From positions 106,330,001 through 106,394,000 of the forward strand of contig JBITNC010000001.1 in the NCBI GenBank assembly GCA_050084985.1: 64,000 nt of DNA, given 5' to 3'. Origin of the DNA: Nageia nagi. Taxonomy: Eukaryota > Plantae > Pinophyta. A program made the position numbers and the translations under genes. Shown in pieces: positions 26,926-40,532 of this stretch. Positions within the stretch are counted from its first letter, which is position 1, and every line of letters begins with the position of its first letter. The notes under the pieces were generated by a model. That model was not told where the DNA came from. It did not search any database and saw nothing but the letters and a program-made list of their open reading frames with translations.

Positions 26926-27011
26926 TCTTTATTTTTTCTAAACAAAATGATGTGTCTACATATGTTGAACTAAGTATTTTTTGTAAAAGTCTTTGGCCAA
27001 TAGGGGCAAAA

Positions 27012-28225
27012 TGTAGATACCCAAAAATAACATATTTTCTTAAAACACGAGTTAAATGCATTGATATGCTTAATTCATAATTTTTTTCTAATTTATAATA
27101 TCTAAATGATCAAAAAGCAATTTTTCAAATATTTTAAAAAGCAAAATATTTCATAAAGTGTTAAAATACATCAAAAAGAGCTAAAATGACTTAAAACCAA
27201 ATAAAGGAAAAAAAGGTTATTTCTTAGATACCTGACCTTAAGTTATGAGTACAATATAAAACATAGTGCAAAATAAGAGTTCTCCCTACTTGGCTCATTA
27301 TTATTCTAATCATTATTATTATTGCTATATTATTTGTTTTGCTCTCAAAATTGCTCTAAGGTTGTATGCTAGAGTTTGAAGCTAGGGTTTGAAATAATCA
27401 AGAGTTTACACTCTAATTCTCCATCAATTCTCTTCAATTTAATTCCCATGGATTATTGGTAACTTATGTATGGTGAATTTTTGATAAATTATACATTATA
27501 TTACATATATTATTATATACTCAAGGTTTTTGCAAGTTTGAAGTCACTCTCATCATGGAAAAGCTTTGGATTCTCAATATTGTATCCTCCACCAAAATTG
27601 AGGACATGTATTATATTATGTAGGATAAATTTCATAATAATTGCATTGTAATCAAAATCCATCATATTTGATCTATTAGAATCATATATCTATGGTGTAA
27701 TTACATTATTATCCTTGTGGGTATCCTTGAATCCTTTGGATCTAAGGATCTTTAACATTTATAGAGTTTGAAGTATTTTAAAGATTTAAATCATAATTTT
27801 TATTAAATTACATAAATTATTATTTAAATTTATTTCAAATTGGTAAAAAATCATTCTAAATTATCTAAAGGATATCTATTCATATACACTTTGCACAATA
27901 GGCATCCCTATATTCATTATCTTCATTGATTGGAGGCTAAGAATGTCACATTACCTTTTGGAGTGAGTTAACTCACTCCAAACTTATTTAGGTGCTTTAA
28001 GGGGACTAAATAGGAGGTTCCCCTATCTTTTTATATGAATTTACATTTATTTAGAACTATTTCAAGTTCTTGAAGCATAATTTGAAGTTTGAAATATATA
28101 TTTATACTAATCTTAGCATCATTCAAATTTAGAAATGCATATGTTGTGTCATATGTTCAAAATATTATGTGTACTAACATCTTATGTATGTTTAGAGCAC
28201 TAGAGAAGGGTTTTTTGGGTGTATA
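27012..28225 (+). repeat. 3' LTR of G
   Basis: Matches 14686-14826 joined to 19798-20871. Confidence 0.92.
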
Positions 28226-28230
28226 ATTAT

Positions 28231-28333
28231 AATTTCTCTCTATTATTTGGCCTACACTCAATGAATTATACTTGAGATTTGGAGTGTAGTAAATATCTTT
28301 TACCTTCTTGGTACCTTCAATGGTGCTCACCTT
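28231..28333 (-). pseudogene. Copia A protease fragment between insertions G and C
   Basis: KVSTIEGTKKVKDIYYTPNLKYNSLSVGQIIERNY matches the Copia YVPxLxxNLLSVGQL motif. Confidence 0.9.
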
Positions 28334-29799
28334 TGTTGACCAATTAAATCAATCGATAGGGTTCTTATCTACAACCAAGGATGAATGGATGAATGGAAGA
28401 TAAGAAACAAAAAATAAGACAAATAACTTAATTATCACAATAGATATTCAAGAATTGTATTACTATATTAGATTGGTTATAATAATATTGTGTTTACACA
28501 CTTGGCTCTCACACTCATTTACACTTCTACTTGTATTCATACACTTCTACTACACACTTTTATTCTCCTCTCTCTATCTATATTCCTTATCTTATTAGTT
28601 CCAATCAATAAGTTTTAAGAGTCATTCCCTTTCAATCGCACTAGACAAAGTACTTGATACTTAATATTCGATCCTTAACTATCACTTAGAGTTGACTAAT
28701 TTACTTAATGGAATTCTCTCCTACTAACATCCTCCCTAACTTAATAATTTGGCTCAACCTTGACTCAAGTTCTAGTGTCTTGTGCCATCCACAAGAAATC
28801 TTTGACACAAAAATGCTCTAAGCTTTCACTCTTGAGTTTTCATTTGTATTTTTGCAAGGAAACTTTTATTTCTTCTTTTACATCAAGCTTGCCTTTTTTC
28901 AGTGGTCAAGGGTACTGAATTGGTGGTATTCATAAAGTAATAAGTGTATTTTTACACAAATTTAATATGTGGTAATCTATCCAATATCTATCATAACACC
29001 CCATACAGAGAAGGTTATTAGATCTAAAAATCATTAAGATATTCTCATACTGACCTTATCGTAGTGCCTCTCAACAAAATAGTAGGGGTCTCATAAGGCC
29101 AAAATGAGAAAATGAACTAAATCTTTGAAAATTCCCACTCGCCCTCTCTAAACATTCTTTTATAATTATTATTAGGTCTTCATCCTCAATGCTCATTTTT
29201 CACCCATCTATTTTAGGTTGATATGTAGTTTGTAAAATTAGAATTAAAACTAAGTAGGGAGGCATTGGAAACTATTTCCAATCTAATTCAAAGTAGGGGA
29301 ATAGTTTATAAGGATCATGATCAACATCACAAGTTCGATAGTAGAAATGGTTCTCCATTAGAAATTCTATTCTAGGAGAGGTGGTTTCCTTATTGAAATA
29401 TTTTTATCTAAGGAAGTCACCAAGCACTTTATCATTCATTATTAACTCATTTTTATAATTTCATAATTTTATTCTTTTCCTTTTATCGATCTTTCCATTA
29501 TACCTCCATTCTTACAATAGTTTTAACTATATTGAAACTTCTTTATTTTAATATTTTGTTTAACATTTTTTATTTTTCCTTGAAAAAACAAAAAGGACCT
29601 TCATTGCATTACTTAAAAAATATTACATTTATCGATGGATACTTCATCGCTAATTTGTTTCTATTTTTCCTTGGGTTTATCCTTCTTTCAAAAAGATTCA
29701 TATTACAATACCTAACCATGGAACAATACAATTCTCTCCTACCACATCAGTACTAGGAGATTAGTTAAGACTAAGAGTCAAAGGCAATGGGTAAAGTGA

Positions 29800-32700
29800 G
29801 CCAAACTTAGATTGAGTCAAATATCGCTCTTGTTGTAGGATCCAAACCTTTACATCATGGTTAATTTGTCGATGGAGTGCATCTAATGATATTTGATCTA
29901 TGTTATTTGAATGACATCAATGGGTTCATTGGTGATTAACTCCTCCATTTTCATTATCTACCCAACATGCACCTGATTTATTTATTATAGTTCCCTAATT
30001 ATTTTTGCAAATGTTGTTGCCTTATTTTTTTTCTTTTCTTCCAAGGTGAACACTTGAATTTTGATCATGTTCAACTCTTGGATTTTATAGATTGGTAGGG
30101 GAAAGTGTTGCTAGATCTCTCATACCCTTATTAAGGATTTGGTCATTTGTGTGTTTATATCAAATAAATTGGGTTGTTTCTTTTGGTCCACCAGATGATG
30201 AATAGTTTTATGTATAGCTTTGTTCTTTGACATATAACCTTGTAACTCCATGATCAATTCAATAAATTCCCCTCAATGCTGCTTAAACTCTTATTTTTCT
30301 ATATAGTGAAGTTTTTCTAACTCCATCTGGGCTATCATTTCCTTTTCTACCTTCTTTATTAATCGATTGATTTCCTTCATCATGGCTAGAAATTTTTTCA
30401 ACTCCTTTTTGAGTCAGGCTAGTTCCTCTTGAAGTTTTTTGTTATGTTAGGATAACTTAGTTATTCCCTCCCTTTCTACCTTGAGGATTTTATAAACCAT
30501 TTCTTTTACCTTACATAGCTCTTCGATATCCTTGGTTGATTATTATTGCATGGTGTACATTATTTATCCTTTTTCATATGCAATTCCTCTATTCTAGCCT
30601 TGATGTTGGGTTATGGTGGGTCCACCATTATGCTTGTACTTACCATATGTTGTGTGCCTATTAGGTCACCAATATCCTATCTATATTTCTTGATATCAAC
30701 CTTATATGTAGTTATTATTATGTTCATATCCTCCTTGTGGTGTTTTTTTGTTTGATTGATCTCATATTGCATGTAATTCATAATGGTTTTCAACTAATCT
30801 TGGATGGAATGGTCTAGATGGACTTCAATGGAGGGAAAATATTGGTGAACTATGGTGGTTAGTTTGGTCATGTTAGTGGACTAAGTATTTTTAGTTATAA
30901 TTATGGTGATCAGTTGTTCTAATTTGTTAATGATTTTGTTTGATGGAATGGAGGGATAATTGATGTGATTTTGGAGTTGATGAATAATAGATTGGATAGC
31001 TCTTGTGATTTCTATAAGTTGGGATTCCCTAGTTTGATAGAATACCTCAATATTTCTATTTATAGCCTCACTAATTAGGTAGTGATTGAGTACTAAAAAC
31101 TAATTTATGTCTTCCATACTATAGCATTTATTTCCTACGATATAGGCATCTAGGATGGGTCATTTGAAGGGTTTGATAAATTGGCTAATGGGGGCATGGT
31201 ATGTATCAGGACATGAAGTGTTCCATGGATGGTTACTTGTTCCTATTATACTAAAATGAAAAAGTACCATTTATTGGTTATTGGTGGATTTTTTTGTTGG
31301 TCTAGTAGTGATGGTGGTGGCCTCTACTATATGGCTCTATAGTGGCATAGACAGTATATAGGAAGTGGTAGTGGCTATTGGTATTGAGGTCAGTAACTTA
31401 GTGGAAATAGGAATAAAAATAGACATAGAAGTAAAAATAAGAAGATATGTATAAGTAGAAATAGGAGCCATGATTGGATTTAAGGAATCAAAGCTTACTT
31501 GGATGGATTGAGTAGTTTAGGTAGAATCAGTCTATTAGATGCATTATTGAAACTAAGCTCCTTCCTTGTCAATGGTATGTATTCCTTGACTATTAAGGAC
31601 CTCTATGGCCATTCTTTCTAGAGGTGTCTCTTTTTAGGAAGTTGTGATTGATATGATTCTATTGCTAGGTGCTTCATCAACATGTAGCCTTTTCAATGGT
31701 CATTCCAAAACTTCATTATCAATTGATTCGATGTTAGACTATTGTCCCTTCTTCTTTGTCATGCTTTTTGAAGATGATGGTATAGTTTCAATGGGACTAC
31801 ATCTTGCCTTGAGTTTTTGGTCCCTTTGCTGCTTTTTTCTTTTTAATATCCTCAATAATCCTTTGGTACTTACTATATTCAATCTTATATAGAAATTATA
31901 CCTCTAAGTATGCTATGTTCGACTAGGTGCACCATATAAATATGTCATCAGTGGTCATGGTGAAGTACATGGAGCTATTATACACTCTTAAATTAGTGAT
32001 AGTCTACCTTGGTATTCTTATGTACCCCTAGATCATGTTTTTAACTTGTTTGACCCATGCATTGAAATTCACTATTCAACCATATTTATCATTGTATACT
32101 TCCACAATATGTCATGTATTTTCCATATCAATTCTCTCCATCATGCTGAAGAATTCCTCCCCTCTTTTTTCTCTTTGTTGTGTTTCAAATTTTGATTGGT
32201 TAAAAGTTAATTGCTATAAGAAGTACATGGCAGTGAGTACAAGAAATATCCCATACTTGAATGTAGTATTCTTGTTTATAGTGTTTTTTACTAGATGGTA
32301 ATTCTACTACAACTACTCCAAAAAGATATCAGTGAGATTGAATTTCTTATACTCATTCATTATTTCATTGGTCATAATTGATTGAATCATTGTGATGTTG
32401 TTGGCATTGTTGTTCTGATACAAGCATTTGGAGATTACCACTACCACTACTCAAATATAGGTAAATATTATAGACATTAGTTTGATTAATTTTGTATTCA
32501 TTTTTATGCCCATGAGCTATTGAATCATTATATCTTTTATTGGATCCCTCCTCCTTGTCAAATACTCATAGATGACTCCTCCCCTTTTTAACCCAATTAC
32601 TCACTCAACCACTTCTTTTGTAATTTGATATGGTCTTCCCAACCATAAAGTATTATTGTGGTGGTAATTGTATATGAATTTAACCATATTCTCATTAGTG

Positions 32701-33070
32701 TAGAAGTTTAGCATGTTCATCAAGTTCAACAAACTCGCATTCATGAACACCTTCAGTTGGTCTTGTGTTAGCTTCTCTACATGTGCTTGTGCTTTTGTAA
32801 TGTTGGGATCCTCCAATTTGGTGGTACAAATATATGCCCTCTACTTCATTTAGTATCTCCATAAAATGGTATCCCAATGGAGATTCAATAAATCAATCCT
32901 TTTCTTTATTCACCAGGTATGGTTGTCTTTGCTTGGGTCTCATTTCTTCCACTTGTGCATCATGATTTTCTATTGTTATTAAAAAATCCTCCATCAATTA
33001 TTCTACAACCCTCTACCTCCTCTTACCATCTCAATTGCTTTATTCGTAATGGTGAAATAGCTTCAAATTA
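29800..33070 (-). pseudogene. Extra ORF 3' of pol in C, function unknown; N-terminal globular part, Ser/Thr/Pro-rich linker, coiled-coil-like C-terminus
   Basis: ORF 32601-32816 (LWLGRPYQITKEVVE) and continuing broken frames; E/K/L-rich stretch at ~30100-30700; same strand as pol. Confidence 0.5.
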
Positions 33071-34089
33071 TTTTTTGGTGTGTGGTGTGTCACTTTTATA
33101 TGGTTTAATTTTGATGAGTGGTATTGCATGCATGATAATATTATCATGATTTCATATATGAGTGTTAGAAATATGCATTGATAGGTGCAATGGTGTGCCA
33201 TGATCATTTATTATATCAATGGTGGGATGTTGTCAATTATTCTTGCATTATGTGAATTAAATTTTTTCATTCATTTTGTATTCCCCATTTATGTTGGCTA
33301 GCTTCTTAAAGTTGGATATGGGTGGTAGGTAGATCATTTCATAATCTTGATATAATTTAAATCCTTTGGTTATCTTCTAATTTTAATATCACATGTAGGG
33401 AGGATTATTTTAATTAATATCTTAATGGTTCATGGGTTGAATATTTTGGAGGTTGGATTTCCATAAATAGTATTTGTATTCTTTTATTTTTTGTCATTTT
33501 TGCTCATTAATTTATTATTTTCCTTTTTCATCTATTTTTTGATGTTATTACATTAATGGAGCTAGAAGTGGTGGTGGTGTAGTTTTTGGATGATGGTGGA
33601 ATATCAGATGTAGATTTGGAATAGTAGCTACAATTTTTAGTATAGCATCATCAAAAAATATGGGAAGAGGTATAGATGTCAAAAGTGGTTAGTGCATTAT
33701 CGGTTCTCTCCCTAGGAGTTAATTTTAATGTTGTTTGGGAGCTTCCACCTAGTTTTTGTTGCCCCTATAGTGAGAAATAATGATAAAATGGTTGAAAAAG
33801 TGGTGGTTTGCTAATTTTTGTATGATCATAGTGTCAATGTTGTAATCTTTTTGTTTTGCAACTCTATAAATATTTTTTTGATAGTCCATACTTATATGGC
33901 TCTTGCAGCTAATTTTTCTATTTGTAAACTCTCGAAATTAATAAAGATTTTGGATGGGATGTTTAGATAATTGTAAAAATAAAGGAACATCCAGTAATCT
34001 AAACTAATCTAATCTACTATGTTACAAGTGTACTTCATGTATTACTTATAAATGTTGTTTTACTTGATTTCGATATCTTACTGATTAAT

Positions 34090-37000
34090 ATACTTCTTTA
34101 ATCAATGATCATTTATAAAACTAGGCCAAATTTGATCATCTAATGTCTATAATTATATAGTGCCTTATCATTTAATGTTATAAAAAACATAAAATCTAAG
34201 CCATCAAATTCTTAATTTCCATATATGATGTTTATACCAACTATTGTATAAAAGTACTTGGTCATCGATTTCGAATTTTTCATTTTTGACATGTCTATCA
34301 TGTCATGCTTTTTGTTGATTTTTTCTTGTATTTGGCTATAAATTGCTATCCATTGATTCTTGTCTAATTATTCAATATTATAGAGTTGTTACCATAGTGA
34401 AAAATTTTCATCAAGTATTATTGTTAATATGATGCATAATGATGGAACTTAAAATTCCATAGGTACCGTTGCTTCAATTCCATATACTATTTTGAATGGT
34501 GTTTTCTTGTTGTCTTTTGTAAGCTATTCTACATGCCAAAAATATAGTTGGTAATTTTTCCTCCCAATATAATCATTCAACCAAAATAATATTTGTTAAT
34601 GTTCTTTTAAGGATTGTTTTCACTGCTTCAATGACTCCGTTTACTTATGGGTGATATGGAGAGCTTTGACTATGTTGAATCATAAACTTGGTCACTAATT
34701 AATTAATTGTGTGATTGATGAAATGTTTATCTTAATGCTAATGATTTCTTTTGGAAAGCCAAATCTTGTTATTATATTTTCATAAATGAACTTGGTTATC
34801 ATTAATGTTATGCAATCTTTGATAGTTTTTTGTATTTTAATGTTATTTTCCATTACTTATTACCTAGTTATTTATTAGCCTTCAAAGGAGTTTTCTTTTT
34901 TGCAACTAGAGATGTCTCTATAACTAATTTTTTTCAATGGGCTTATTCTCTATGGGCTTCTTCTCTACCTTGGGCACCATAGCTAGAATCAAAACTTGAA
35001 ATCTAAGGAAGAAACAAATTAGCTAAAGTCTATTAAATGTGAGGATTATAGGAAGAGTTTATTGATATATATAGATAAGAGAGGGTATTTGGCTATTGGG
35101 TAATCACTTTTCATATGCATGGAGGACAAAATGAATGTGAGCCATTGATTGGTCAATTCATGAACATGTAAAATGTGTTTTAATTTTTGTTAATTAAATG
35201 TGACACAAATTTTGCATTGGAATTTTCATCAAAATTTATGTCTAGTTTTACATCATTTTTTACTTCAAAATTTACATCAATTTTTGCATTGAAAAATGTG
35301 AAAAATGGAAAAAAAAAATAAAAATGATGCATGCTGATGTAGGAGGACATAAATTAATGTTGATTTTTATTTTTCATGTTTGAAAACACAAAAAAGGATG
35401 CAAATCAACCTTTTGGTAGTAGTGTTCTACTTCTACCCACCAAGTGAGATATTCTACCCTAGTAATAATGTATCTCACTCCTATCTTTTGTGCTAAAGGT
35501 GATATTATTCTAATGAAATCAATCACCCATTTTATAAAAGGATTGCAAGGGTATTACAAGTTGAAGTGGGAACTCATCTCTGATGGAAGTTTGACTAATT
35601 CTTTGATAATATCATAACTTTTGGCATAGAAGTGGGCATCATGGTGTAGAGTAGGCCACCATAACCTAGCTTGTAGTACTTTCTTACCTATGAGATCTCC
35701 ATAGAAATGGCCATCCACTATACCATCAAGTGCTTCCCTAAGAATGTTGTCCCTTTTGTGTGGTAGAGTTACCTGTTAAATTACTTAATCCATTACTACT
35801 TTATATAATTCCCCTAATATAAGAGTATATGGAATGGTTTTAATAAAAGTTTACTTTCTTCTTTCAAAGATAAATCATTAAGGAATTATCTTGTTGTCAA
35901 AAATGTTGTTATTTCTACTAAGTCATTTGATACTACTTCTACCTAAAATAGATAGGCTCCTGGTAGGTCATCATCAATTTTTGATGTTTCTCCATTATCA
36001 ATTTTGGATAGCATATTAGGGACCATATTTAGGTTTTCTATCTTTACCACCAATTTAAATGTAAACTCTTGAAATAAGAATACCACCAAAAAAATTATCC
36101 TTGAATAATTGGTTTTTTGAGGAGGTATCTGAGAGCTTCATGATCTATAAAGAACATAAATATTATTGCAATAGATAGTGATGGAATTTTTGAAGACTAT
36201 ATACCATGGCTATTGCTTATTTTTCAGTGATGGTATAGTTATTTTCTACATTGTCCATCTTATGGTTGGCAAATTGAATTAGGTTATTGATCTTACCTTC
36301 ACCAAGCTATGTTAATACAAATCCAATTGCTTGAATGCTTACATCTACATGTACATGGAATTCCTTAGTCCAATTTGAAAATATTAAGATTGGTACCTTA
36401 GTTTGATTTTTAATGTATTAAAATTTTCTTGGTATTGTGGTGACCAATAAAATGGTCAATTTTTCTTAGTTGGATCATCGATAGGGGCTTCTAGGGCTAT
36501 GTAGTTTTTGATGAATTTCCTATAATAGCTCATCAATCCTAGAAATATTATGATGTATTTAACTATTTTAAGTGGAGGTAGGTTCAATAGAACTATAATT
36601 TTAGTGGGGTCTACCACTAATCCTTATTTGCAAATGATATGCCTTAATAATACCCATATGGTGTGTCAAAAAGGTATTTCTTATATTGAGGGATATACAT
36701 AGTTGTCTACATCATTCAAACATTAATATTAACACTTATATATGGTCTTTCATCAAGTTGTATATAGTCCAATCATCTAGATAAAATTTTAGGAAATCAT
36801 GAATAAATTCTTTGAAGGATTGAATCATAATTCGAGATAAAATAGATGGAGCATTCTTAAGTCTAAATGGCATAACATTATATATAAATGATCCCCATTC
36901 ATTTCTAAATGTTATTTTTGGATGATCCTCTTTTGCAATTTGAACTTGGTGATATCTAGAGAATCCATCTATAGAGGAGTATACTTCATTTTTGGCCACA

Positions 37001-37905
37001 TTTTCTAAGGTTTTCTTAGTGAATGGTATAGGAATGGATCATGTTTGCAAGCTTTATTACGTTCTTGAAAATCTACATAAATCCATAAATCACCTATCTT
37101 TTTTTGGTTTAATTACCATGGGGATAACCTATTTAGTGTTATCAATGGGTGATATAATGCCTCCTAACATTTGATATAAGGTTTCTTTCACTCGTGTTTT
37201 ATAATTTGGGTTTCATATATATGGTCTTATTTTTCAAGGTTTATGATCTAGTTTTAATCATATATGCATGGTTCCAATATATTCGTGTTCCATCATATTT
37301 CGTGGGAAGAGATCTTCATATTCCACTAATATTTGTCTAATTTTTTGACTTCATCTTCTTTCCACTAGTCTCCTATGATGGCCAATTTTATTTTTGCTTC
37401 TGTATCAATGTTAATTTGCCTAGTTTTAATTTCTTTTTCATATTTGGTTTTTACCTATGTTTCTATGATGACTACTCTTTGGTCTTCCTCTACTTCATAA
37501 TCAATATTCTCCAATTTCTCATCAAGTTCCTTTGAATCTTTTTATTTTATCATTTTAGTAGCATTTTTCATGATTGATAAGGGATGTATATCTATTATTG
37601 TTGGGGTGGGTTGGGCTATTTTGGTATAGGTTACTTTAGCAGTAGTTGGTTCGATGAGAAGGAAGTTTCAAATTTGTAATAAATATTTATGAATTAAGCT
37701 ATTGTTATTTTAGAATTAGTACATGTGAATGAAATTTGCTTACATTACATCCTAATTGGCCATTTCTTTTCATAGTTCTTGGTATATATACCATTCCTAT
37801 TGTACCTTGGCATGCTCTTTTTGAATGTAGTTCATGGTTCCTTTTGTTCCACATCATTGCAACATTATCAAAATTGATTTCTAAGGGGCCATTATGGATT
37901 TTCAA
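34090..37905 (-). pseudogene. Gypsy C pol: RT, RNase H, integrase
   Basis: RT YSSIDGFSRYHQVQI...WGSF.YNVMPFRLKNAPS...YLDDW (36736-36999); RNase H EFHVHVDVS; integrase LQARLWWPTL, IITRFGFPK, PYHP. Confidence 0.92.
34827..35424 (-). mobile_element. One-ended CACTA (EnSpm) transposon fragment in the integrase of C
   Basis: Minus strand begins CACTACTACCAAAAGG at 35424, with decayed subterminal repeats (tttacatca/tttgcattg, 35200-35400). It interrupts WVEVE|TIKDC. No second terminus is seen. Confidence 0.7.
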
Positions 37906-38489
37906 TTAATAGTATTTCTTAATTATTTCTTTTATAATATTTGCATTTCATGCCACTAGCGACATTCCACTTATTTTCAATTTGTTAACAACGTGCATTT
38001 CCTAGAATAGAATTAAAAAGCATAATGTTTTATTCTTTCTAATTGTATGATTAATTCATTAAAATGATTAACACTTAAGTTTAAAATTGTTAAAAAGAAA
38101 AAATGTTCACTTGTTTGTTAATGTTTAACTTGGTACCTTGGGGACCTTGATTTGATATTTGATCATTTCTTTAATTATTGATTATAAATTTCATGTACTT
38201 AATCATGATTAAAATGTGCAATTGGATTGATATTGGTTTATGTTCATTTTACAAATTCATTATTACTTAAAGTTACATACATTGCTCTTTAATGGATGGT
38301 TTATTGCTTATATTCTTGAAAATTGTACTTTCTAAATTCACATGCTTCAATCCAACATATTACATATAACAATAAAAGTAAGTCATTCACATTCACTCAT
38401 AAAACATATAAAATCAAACATATTAACATAAATTTAACCTTCAAAAATATCCATATATATATCTTAAAATATAATCATATACAAAAGGG

Positions 38490-40532
38490 GTGATCCCTAA
38501 GTCCTACTAGCTCCTAAGGCTGACTAACTATATGGCTACTCCTACTAGCTCCTGGGCTGAGATGCCTCCTAAGCCTCACTTTTTCTCACACTATGGGTAC
38601 TCAAAAGGGCCTTTTCCTTCTTTTATTTCTCTTTAAGCATTTCAATATCATTATTTCTCTTCTCTATCCTATCCATGAGGCTTTGTATAAAATTCCATTA
38701 CTCATTTGGTGGAGGCATGTCCACCCTCTCCTATAGTCTCTTCACAAACTACTCCAAGGTTGTAATTTGTGCATCTCTCACTTAAAACATGGCTTTAATA
38801 GTGGCCACATATGCCTTGAAAGGCTTAAGCCTCTTGGTATCGACCTCAAGGGCCACCACTCATATATCTGCTTCTCTTACAAATAATAATTATTTTGTTA
38901 TTCTATTAATCATATATAAATTTTTAAAAAAATGAGTATGTGGTTAGTGTGTCACTTTGGACCATAAGTATTATAGCCTCTATGAGTGCATCCAATCTTG
39001 GTGTTGTTGGCCCCTCTTGCATAAACATATTATGCATGTGATTATTAACTTGATAAGGGTTTTCCTCAAAAAATCCCTCACTCATAGTTGCCTCTTCCTC
39101 CTTCTCATCCTCATCCATATCTAATGTGGTTGTTCATATGGTATTCCATCATGTTGCATATCCTCATACCATCCCTAGTACCATGGATACATCTACAGTA
39201 CCTTCATGCACCTTGGGCTCCTCCCAAGTTAGCCTCCATGCTGGTATTACCTATGATCCTATAGGTGCATCTCAATCTATCATGTGAATCCTATAATAGG
39301 TAGGTACTGATGGGATTCCCTAATAAATCCTAAACTATTGTAGCACTTTATGGGATAAATATGGCTCTTTCATCTTCCTCCTAGTTTGGAGGAAGCAATC
39401 TTATCATACCCAAGCTATACGGTAGGCATCATCATCCCATACATAGTTTGCATAGGAGACCCACACAAGGTCCTCTACCTGAAACCCATCAAGCTCCCTT
39501 CTCCTAACCTCTAGAGAATATGGGTAACTATACCCATGTTCCTTGGATATCCAATAAGTTAGAAAAATATATTTTGGGTCCTCTTAGCCCCTTTGTATTC
39601 CAACTAACTAAATAACCATGATCTTCTCAAAGGATCATATCTAAAGAAGTCTTGCATGAGCCACCATGATGTTGAACTTGTTAACACTCATCAAGTTGTA
39701 GAGGTACTAAAAAAGCTAAGCCAAAACAAGAGGTGCCCATGTGAACTACATCCCCCTAGTGTATACCTCCTAGACTACCCATACCAAACCAAGCAAGAAA
39801 GATAGACATAGATAAGTAGAGATGATAGCTATAACATACAACTTAATATGTCTCCCCAATACAAAAAATTTGCACACCTCAAATAGCATGGAAGCATAAT
39901 GCTCCTAATCATGGTCCTCCTCACTAGTAATCCATAAGGCTAGCTTCTTCCTCACCTTATTATCCACCACCTCATCTTGATGGACAATCCAAACTCTAAT
40001 GGGGATACCCCCTATCTGATATACATCTAATAGTCATTATCATTTCACCTAGGGGTAGGTGAAAAGTGTTGCAATCGAGATCCCAACACTTTGCAAGCAC
40101 TATCAATAGAGGAAGATCTTACTAGATGTGTCTAGCAATTGCCAAGTATCTTAACTCATATCATGAAAGGATTTATAGAGCTTTCATGGACATAGGTCCA
40201 TCCTGGATCAACACCTTGCATTCCTACAAAGAATAGATAGAGAAAATTATAATTAAACTCAAATTTTAATAAAGGAAGTTAATCAACTTACATTGGACAA
40301 TAATATGGAATAACATTGAAAATATATAGGAGGTAAAATAAAATGGAATCATAATTGAAGTAAAATTGAAAAGAAATGAAAATATATCATGTGTTCAAAG
40401 GGAAGCATACAAAGATATTTAGTGATATGTCCCTATTGTCTAGTAAGAGGCCATCCAATACCTCTCCATCTATCATCCACCATAGAAGAGACAAATAGGT
40501 ACGGTTAAAATGATTATCAAAGGGAAATGCAT
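38490..40532 (-). pseudogene. Plant mobile domain (PMD, aminotransferase-like, MAIN/MAIL-like) gene with introns, antisense to its carrier LTR
   Basis: LPLLIVLAKCWDLDCNTFHLPLGEMIMT..DVYQI.GIPI (~40000-40120); FTWAPLVLA.LF..L...LL.I.SFE; RRELDGFQVEDLVWVSY; KVLQ.F...IP. GT-AG introns at 40224-40410 and 40535-40702. Confidence 0.85.

Larger units (their letters stand above)
14686..28225 (+). mobile_element. Non-autonomous Gypsy-type LTR element G (no pol), inserted at the end of the protease region of A
   Basis: 5' LTR 14686-20871 (split by H) and 3' LTR 27012-28225 both start tgtagatacccaaaaataacat. PPT aataggggcaaaa, perfect TSD attat (14681-14685 and 28226-28230). Confidence 0.93.

Noticed and set aside
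38490-40532. Functional host MAIN/MAIL gene
   Set aside because: It has many stops and frameshifts and is embedded in a nested retroelement.
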